A stretch of 64,000 nt of DNA from Tubiluchus corallicola (Eukaryota > Animalia > Priapulida). Every line of letters begins with the position of its first letter. Positions within the stretch are counted from its first letter, which is position 1. The notes beneath the pieces are model-generated. The model was not told where the DNA came from and did no database searches. It saw only the letters and a program-made list of their open reading frames with translations. Location of the stretch: contig JAQGDQ010000105.1 in the NCBI GenBank assembly GCA_030141605.1, forward strand, positions 310,001-374,000. Reading direction: 5' to 3'. The translations under genes and the position numbers were made by a program. Below, piece after piece: positions 54,701-64,000 of the stretch.

Positions 54701-57700
54701 TGCTAATCACTAATAATGGTTTTTTATTACATCTTTTGTTTGTTTTCTCTATGATTAGTATGTCCACGGTAAATTGTATTTGTGTTATAATGTTTTGTTT
54801 TGTTTGATTTTTAAATCACTCTTATATATTCCTGACGATAACTGATAATGAGGAGTAGAAACGCTGGATTTCCCTAATAAAAATGTAATAACATGTATTA
54901 TATAGTGTGTTGTTTTGAAAAGGATACTGTTGCTATAAAGAATTTAAAAATGTTAATATCTTTTCACAAATGCAGCAATTAGAGCTTTGTCCTGCTTAGA
55001 AATGTGGCATCTGTTGGTTGGCCACCAAGGGTTTTCACTAAGTGATGATCACCTTGATTGATGATCTAAACTACACAAGCAGTCTTAAGAAACTAAAGAC
55101 TGCTTATGTTCGTAGCGTCCTTTTCAAAAACTACAGTGTTGGTCTTATCGATGTTTACAGTCATATGCCAATTGTCACAACATTTTGGCAGTATATTCTA
55201 CAATTTTTCAAGCCCGCTTTTTAATACTCATCTATAATTGCAGTGCCATGGGCATACGCAAACCTTATATATGTTATATCTGTACTACATAGAATACTGT
55301 ATCGGTTACCCGATAATATGTTACTTTTGTTCAATCAGAAATGTTCAATCAGAATTAATTGCATAATATGCAGAACTGACAATGTACAGAGAATATCGCA
55401 AGCGTAGAAGCGTTAGAGCATAAAACACATGTGATGTCTGGATAATTACCTACGACCGCAGTAGCAAAATCCGCTTCTGTTTCATTAATTTGCAGGTTTT
55501 AGTTAACCTGGGGTCAATGGCTGAGTAAATCAATAAGGCTTCGTGAAGAAATCTTACATATAGGTCTGCTCAGTAGTCATTAACAGCGATCAGAAAACCA
55601 GACAATGGAACTATACATATAGCCATCTGGAACCTAATACACCTATTCTTCCTAGACAGTTACTAAGATCTGTATAAAAAAGAATCAGCACGACGAACCA
55701 AAGAAGCCAAAGATACGATAAAACAACGAACGTCATTATACCACATCAGGAGTCATCAGGAAGCACCTGACTAGGACTCTAGAATTCTACGTACGTAGGT
55801 ACTGAGTTTGCTGTAATTGAGAATTATCTGGCGTGATTTTGTCTGAAGTCTGTGGCATAACTACGCATCCAACCATGCAGTTGGATAAAGTGGTCATACT
55901 GTGGTCATGAAAAGTATACGTGGACAAAGTATACGTAATTACATTTACCAGACACTGTTGTCAACATGAAATCACGAAGAAAAAAATTAAAATGCAAATT
56001 GTTGCAGTTTATACCTGATTTTAAAAACTGTATCCATAAACCACAAAAATGTTACATTTGAATGATAGGGGCCGGTTCATTGCAATGTTATCCATAGAAG
56101 GTTGTAAAAAAGATCAAACTGTACAGAATAGGAGAAGTACCGATACGAGACTACTAAACATATTAACCAACTGAAAAACTAAACTACTGGATTTAATTGC
56201 TTATAAAACAGATAATGCACTATTTTCACCCTGCAGCAGGATTGCTACAAGTTCAAAGCAAAGCTGCAGACTGGAGAAATCGGCTGTCCCATATGAAAAC
56301 ATGTCTAGTTGCGGAAGTTGTTGCCATCAATCTTCATTATTACAAGAGCATGTCTGTGCACCCCCCGTAGTCAAGGCTAAGAAGAATTTCTCGACGAAAT
56401 TGTTTGAGAGTTGCAGGTGCTGCTGCCACGGTCCAAAGAGAAGATATCTGCGGCTGCAATTTCACGTAAAAAATGTTGAGAATTATTGAAAATGTTTGGT
56501 TTATTTTAAGCCACATTACACGTTTTTCTAATTAGGTCGACGTGCGTCCAATTAGGACAAAAGCTGCAAGTGCCGCATGACATTTACTTTGTAGAGTCGA
56601 GCATTTAGGCTTCAGTGAATCGCTTGTTGTTATAATGAACCATCAGGTATTTGGTGCAGACTGCAAGTGAACACCCAGGAGGTTATTTGTTGTAGTACCA
56701 ACATGTTTATCTGAGTAATACAAAGCAGATCGGCTAGTAGCACATATTATGGTTGGCTTCATAAAGCATGTATATACATTGTCTCCTAGAAAAAGTTAGG
56801 CGCGTGCCAACTGTTTGGGTGAGCAAAGTCGTGTTGGTGGCACCATGAATGTAATAACCATAATATTACAAAAATAACTGCTGTTTGTGTCTTTAGGCAA
56901 TATTGCAATGCTAATGAAATTTCTATTTACAAACTGGCCGCTAATGATTTAGTTCACACAAGAAAGAATTCTATTTAACTCTCCCATATTTTACATGTAA
57001 GGATTAAAGAAAATTAAATTTTCTTTATTACTTAAATCCATTCTCACCAAAAAGAAAAATAACCTGACATGAATGATCAACCTTTACTTAACGCCACAAA
57101 CAGCGACATGTTTCCATTTACAGGTATTCTAAACTGTGTTAATTACTAATGTGCTTGTGTTCATAAGAAATAAGGCACGATTTTGCCTATAAGTTGTTCA
57201 AATTTGTCTTAAAGTGACAGTCATTCTTTTAAATGATCTTTTGTACGAGACTCTACATATACTTTGACAATGTTTCAAGCCCTACTTACCCACCATGTTT
57301 CCTTCCTTTACATTCGATTTAACTACTGTTCTGACATTTCCTGTCTTTTGACTGTCAAACTCTACTACTCTGTCAGAAAAGAACAAGATTACCTTTTAAT
57401 TCAGGCAGCCAAGTAAGATATTCCATGTACATGTATTACTATTATATGTAGGTTATGTGTTTTTCGGGATAAATCTTGTAATTGTATTTTGTTTAATGTG
57501 GAAGTAAATATTACACATTAACATGTAAAATGAGTAACTCTTAATGAAGAGTATCTTGAAATGCCAGTGTAAACGCGTTTTAGTTATTTAGCAGGTACTA
57601 GAATCGCCCAAAAACGCCCGAAGAAAATGCATGTTTGGATTACCACCAGTTTGGAAAGCGGCATGGATATTTGCCAGGCACATTCTACTGTATATACCAG

Positions 57701-58621
57701 AACACTAACTGTTTATAGACACTTTTGCAAAGCAAGATTTATGCGCCAACGCCTCAAACTTGGAGGAATAAAATCCTGATAACCAGTCGTGCAAGAACGC
57801 TGTTATGATAATGACGTAGTTTGTCATGGAATTGGTAACAGATGGTAACCATGTGAAGAATAACATTAAATGAAGCCAAACGACAAGCATGAAACTGTAT
57901 CTATAGGAGTAACTGATATGTTAGATTATCAGTATTTTATGGCTTTTTCATGACAGATTTCTTTCGTGTACGTTTTCCTAAGCAGAACCCCTCAATCATC
58001 ATCCTCAACATCACTTTTCATAGCAATTTAGCTCATCTTGAATCCAAAAGGTACAGTAATTGAAAGTTAGAAGTCAGAAAACTACCGCATGTCAATAGTA
58101 AAATGAAGCCTACTGTTCGTTGTGTGCGGGAACTACGTACCGCGTGTAAACTTTTTTCGCTTTTAATGTATTTAAAGTTGTCATAAAAATACAGAATAAA
58201 AGTACAGAACAATTAAAACGAATTAATTCTCGTAAACATGAAAACTTTGTAGCCGTTTCCATGCGCAATCATTTCAAATAATTAAGTCAATGTGAAAGTA
58301 AATTTGAATTGGGAAAAAATTTGTATGTGTTAGTGACGAATTTCAAACCGGTTGGAAATCTAAACTTATACATCGTGTTTTCAGACAGACTTTGCAAACT
58401 TCAACGCATCTTGCACACTGTTATTATTAAAAGTGAATGAAAAGTATGAAACAAATCCTATTCATTTTAAGTACGCGAATACAAAAATTTGCAATAGAAA
58501 TGCAAAATTATACTGTTAGTGTTACTGCTGTAAGGTTTAATAAAAATGGTTTAATTTTAAGACTGTTAAGTGGAGGCTATGTGTTACTTACAGTAATGGT
58601 CTCAGAAAGTTATTTCTGTAA

Positions 58622-59243
58622 AGGCCTATTTCACAGTGAGGACACAAGGAAAATGACGCATGGAATGCTATCAGAAAATCAGAAAGTTTTCTGAATCTTT
58701 CCTAGTTTTCTCGAAATCCCATGCAGCAAGAAACTTCATATCATAGTGAACCCGCACGACTTTTTTTCAGCGCATCCAGTTAGCTGCAGCTACTTTGCGA
58801 CTTTAATAATGTATAACCGTGTCTAATTTAAGTTACACTTGCCGTATTTCTCATACGCAAATTACAATTAATACGGTTAGTCAATGCAATGTTCTACTAA
58901 CCACTTCAAAATCTGAAAATATACATATATAAATTAAATATATACGTGCGTCATTTTTCTTTTTCACGAATATAGTCATCGATGTTGCATTAATAAAACA
59001 CAGAATCATCAGTCTGTTAAAAGAAAGTTTAAATCTTATAATTTTATGCTGAAACGTCTTAATTGGGAGACCCATAGCTTCTAGCTGGCAGCAGAATTCC
59101 TCAGGACGATCAGAACGAGGAATTTTGTCACTGCGAAATGCGCCGTAGAAAACAATGTATTCCATTTTGGTGAGGAATGCCGCAAGGAATTTCTCCTGGA
59201 CCTAGTGGCATTTTGCTGCGAGTCTTCACTGTGAAATGGGCCT
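58622..59243. mobile_element. PIF/Harbinger-like MITE, copy 2 (opposite orientation)
   Basis: TIRs AGGCCTATTTCACAGTGAGGAC / GTCTTCACTGTGAAATGGGCCT (20/22 match) with TAA-like flanks; shares blocks TTTTATTAATGCAA, GAAGTGGTTAGTAG and AAAATGGA..ACATT..TTTCTA.GGCGCATTTC with copy 1. Confidence 0.75.
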
Positions 59244-62200
59244 AAAGCATGACAGTAGTGCTACGGGAATGTGCTGCTTCTCTAATATATAAAGTTTGCT
59301 CTTCTGCAAACTGCGATCCCGTACTCAGTGGCAATGTCTGCTTAATAGTGTAAGGGGAGAAAGAAAAAGAAATTTCCCTAAGAAGAAAAACACTGAATTC
59401 CGCAAACACATCTTAACCAAATTTGAATATGTTTACACCTCCCTTGCCTTAGCATTGCTCTACAAATACCTAAGAAGTCCTAAACCAAATGCAAATACAC
59501 TACAAAAGTCGAAATGTGTGCAAAATCACAAGCTTTGATATTTCCGAGAGGTTTAACTGCAGTTTTGCACAGTATGTTATTTTGCACTGTTTTTTTAAAA
59601 TTATTTTTCAGTGTTTCTGTGTAATGTACTGTACATGTGTGTCTGTATTTACGTGCGTGCTGCAAAATACTGAAACCTATTCACTCGTGGATACCCCGGG
59701 AAATAAACTTTTTACAGCTGCGAGATGAGAGTTTGTAGTTCTTGGAAGACATGATTTTATTTCTTCGCGTGCATTTTGAGAGATATGGTGCTGATCTAAT
59801 CAGACAATTTAGTTTGTCATAATTTGCTGTCATTGACCAGACTGCCTATGGGCACTAGTCTGCTGCAAATAACATGATAAAATGTTATTACTCATTTTCA
59901 AGCTCACTTAAAGGAAAGTCTGAAAAACGTATGCCATCAGAAGTCCAAGACTAAGAAACAAGCCCACTAGTCGCAACCCCAGTGAAAAGTACAAACTCAT
60001 TGCTGTTGCAGTCCACTATATATTGTTAATGCTCTAGAAGCGGTCGACATAGAGTTTTGTTAGTCTTCTTTATGTCTGTGAAGCCTGCGTGAGTAAAAAT
60101 GAAGCCGCGGGCGTTTGTACAGGAAAAATTTTCGCCAGTGTATACACATTAAATAAAAAAGTTTGCGAAGTCTAAACAAACATCTCCTTTGTGCAATTTG
60201 CAGGTGTATATAGCACAGAGGGAGTAGACATCTTGGCCAACGTCGCATACGACAACAGCGCCAACCAGCCATCGTATGATCACCCACAAAAAAACATAAA
60301 TATATTTCTTGCATTAACTTCTCAGCTTATAATATTAAAGACGTGGACGCACTTTGCGTTCACCAAACCGTGAATTCTTTCCAGATTCCAGTGGTATCCC
60401 AGTCTGGATTACCGCGTAACTCTTGCCAATATTTGCTTATCGCAATTTCAAGCCCAGCTCGATAGATTCTTTCGCGGCGAAATGGCAGTTTATAATTTAC
60501 ATAAACGTCTCCGTTTAGCTGTCGTGTTTCAAGAGTATCGAGTTAATCGATAACGCGTGAGATACATACAAGAGGACATACTGAAGAAGATGCTAGTTTA
60601 TCTACAGCTTTCGGCAATCTCGTGATCTAAAAAGTAAATAAATTATCAAAAAGCTCCCACCTTGCCGACACTGCACTAAACCTGGATGCAATTCAGAGGT
60701 GAGCTCTTTTATAAAATTTAAAGGAAATTAACATTTTAATAAAGTTTAACTGTTTATGCTTAATTACGCAGTTATTATCCATGAAGAAAATTCATCCCTA
60801 TTTTCTTACGAAATAGTTTCTTGGAATCCCATAAATCATTACGTGATCACAAAACTGAATATATATATATATATATGTACACAAATTTATACAAAATGAA
60901 GGTAAAAACAGCATTTAAAAACGTGGTTTTTAACGTAGTTGGTTGGATTTTTGAAGCTTGTTAAATACTTGAAATGTATACAAACAGAGGTCAAGTTCCA
61001 ACATAGGTTTCATTACATACTTTTGAAAGTTAGCTTTTTGAAACTTGTTGTTTTAAACGAACGCCTTTGAAAAATTTCAAACGTTGCTTTTTAGTTATTT
61101 TTATCCCGTCCTATCTCACCGAATCTGGTCGGAAACCCTATTTAGTTTCCTGTCGTTGAAAAAGGCCATCCTAATAGGATTCCCGAATCCCATTTCCACA
61201 GATAGCTGCATTACGCAGCTACTCGGAAAGCTATAGCAATACCTTGTTCGAGATACAGACCCTCGAGATTAATTATCCAGCATTAAATGCTGTGCTGTAC
61301 GATCTTTTATTCCGATTATAATAAACTCATTTCGGTCGCCAATGTCTAGCTAAGCGGCAAGCGCTTACTCTGCGACACTAATTAATCTGCTACATTGCTG
61401 CGTGATGTATTAGTCATATATTAGCCTCACAACTCTGTAATGTACATAATTATGAGCAACAGATTGGCGTACACGAGGTAGAGGTTCTCCAAGAAGTAGT
61501 CTCCCACGCACAGATATAATGTTTGAGCTACAGAAGCCCACTCATTTCCGAGTATTAAAACAAGCGCGTGGCTTCCCTTTTGCAATGAAATTGTTTATAC
61601 GAAGATAGTAACCTTGCAGTAACTATATTTGAAGTCATTGGAAACTTCACGTAAGTGATCATGGAGATATGTGCCAATGAAACGTTTTTATTGATTTCTA
61701 ATGAATCACTTTATTGCGCGGCGTAATACAACGAGAATGACGTAGACCACATGGTGCTAAGGACAAGTGCATCTGCGTTCCACATAAGAACACAATTACT
61801 GTAGTCCTCTATAATTAACATCCAGCGATAGAGGCTAGCGTGCAGTAATAATTGGCAAATCTCAAAAACGCATTTTCGTGGTCATTACTTTCTATTTTAG
61901 CAAAGTCATTGGCTGTCACTTGCAAATCAGTGGGCAGAGCGAGACAAAATTTAAATCCTTCCAGAGCTTTGCGGTAGATTAGACTACTGAAATTAATCAA
62001 AGAGAACACCTGCTAAAACTATGATTAATTGCCGGCAATTTATTTCTCCCAGAAATTTTTGAATTTTCCACTGAGAATATATAGATTCATGACTTGGCAA
62101 CAGCCAGGGTACAGTCAAGTTGTCAATTGTTATAAACTCAAAGTTGAAAGAAGCCTACAATGCAAAATTAAGCAGAGATTTTAGGCTTACTTTTATTATT

Positions 62201-64000
62201 TATTATTAATTGCGGTATTAGTTAAAGTTTTGACGAAATCTATAAGCTATAGGTTACAAAACTAAAAAAACTTCAGGTAGTCATATAAAAATCTAATCTT
62301 ATAAAGTGCCTTAAAACAATTTTCGAGCTGACGAACACCTTTTAAGGTGAGCTTTTTTGATCGGTGCATCTTCTGCTTTTTATTACGTTTTTGACACTTT
62401 CTTTTCATGACTTAGCAGGCGGTAAAACTTCTAAACTAAATGTGCTTTCACCTGTAGGCTATGTATGACAAACAATGCTTATAACGTATATCATTTTGAC
62501 ATTATATGGTAACATGGACTTATGGACATTGACATGAAAACCATACTTGGGTATAATCAGTGCTACCTAACATAAGAAACATAAAAAAGTGTGGGTTGTC
62601 TAATTATCTTTGCGGTCAATAAATACAGACAAATTACATGCACACATGCACAGGCGCGAGGACTTTAATTATTCGACGTGTAATAAATGTTTTTATAATG
62701 AAGACTGTTAAGTAGTGAAAGAAGTTTCCTATCAAAAATTTCCTTTTTCAGAAAAGGCCTACTTCCCCGGAAGAAAAACAACCGCCTTACGTTGTTTCTA
62801 ATGAGAAAATAATTATAGAGAATGACAAATAACAACATTTTATATAGCTCCCAGTCTCCATTCTGTGTAGTTTTTACCCTCTGCAACTATAGCCTTATGT
62901 GCTTTTCTGTGAAATAATTTTGCTTTCATTTATTCAGCAGCTCTGTTAGTAGAGGACGTCTACACGATTTTGTCACTTTCTTACTGATTTAAAAAAAAAT
63001 TGCCAAGAATTTAACTATTTAAATTGATGACGACAAATCCTGTGACGTTTGCTGTCCAGAGCTATTGGAGAAAAGTCATGTACATGTACCGCACTCTTTT
63101 CAAATGCAATTTTATTTAGTACGAAACAGGTAAAAAAATTCAGAAAATCAAGAAACAAGACAAGTGGCGTTATAATTTCTTGCTTCTGACAAGTTAAGGT
63201 GCTGCTGCAACACGTTATATAGCAGATTCGTTGCATAAACGATTCTACACGAATTTATTCAATGACCAACTAAAATAATACTACGAGATTCAGAAACGCA
63301 GAGAAGTGAATCGAGTAACTTCAGTGCTTTACTAATATTTAGCTCTAATGTCCTTTGGAAGTTTCAACAAAAACACTTTCTTTCTCCAAAATTTTGTTCC
63401 GCACCCTTCAAAACGTACAAATCAGTGAGCTGCATGATTACGATCTGTGTTCTAAATAACAGAGCGGTCTTTATTAGTTGCAGACCTTTTAATCATCCTA
63501 ATAAAATAAATACCAATATCTTCTCTTTTTGTCCCAAATTAATAAACGGTTACATAATAACAGATATCACGTTTTGATAAAGAGACCATGACATCACCAA
63601 GACCATGCAATCTTTATTGATTTCACTTACCTAGTAATACGAGTCTAACCTGAACTTTAGAGTTTTCAATGTATCAGTTTCCAGTGAGATGCTCGGGTTT
63701 CGTCACCGAAATCTAGCACACTAAAATTCGGAGCCGTGTAACGGCGTGGTTGTTACATTAAGCTACATGTGCTAAATATAGGGGCCTGGCGTAAGCGTTT
63801 ATCCAATACGAGCTTTCATGCACCAAGCACAAATAATACGGGAAGATAAACGACTAACATGCAGCCATTCAAATGTTTCTCTGACTATGTATACACCAAT
63901 ACACTGTGATACTAACTAATGGACTGTAACCAGCATCAGTGATTACCATGTGTCGTTAACTGATGATCAGTCAGTCTGACGCGCTTCTCTATTACTGACA

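Overview
AT-rich, intron-rich eukaryotic DNA, most likely from an invertebrate animal; the taxon cannot be fixed from sequence. There are no prokaryotic operons, CRISPR arrays or rRNA genes. Bases 1-35.4 kb hold a head-to-tail array of three + strand SLC6 (Na+/Cl- coupled neurotransmitter:sodium symporter) paralogs of the glycine/amino-acid type. Copy A is cut off by the window edge; copies B and C were reconstructed by hand as 15-exon genes of about 645 and 644 aa. A convergent - strand 4-exon gene (41.2-51.8 kb) encodes a 242-aa claudin/PMP22/stargazin-superfamily protein. Introns and intergenic DNA contain a decayed LINE, a non-autonomous hAT element with target-site duplication, several MITEs, SINE-like relics and long microsatellites. 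The most interesting signals are in the SLC6 array: copy-specific changes at gate and binding-site residues, a shared WIYG>WIYD change with a 12-15 aa insertion, a duplicated in-frame splice donor, and exon-by-exon mosaic similarity. I found no wholly new multi-gene system; the best candidate is this diversifying transporter array.
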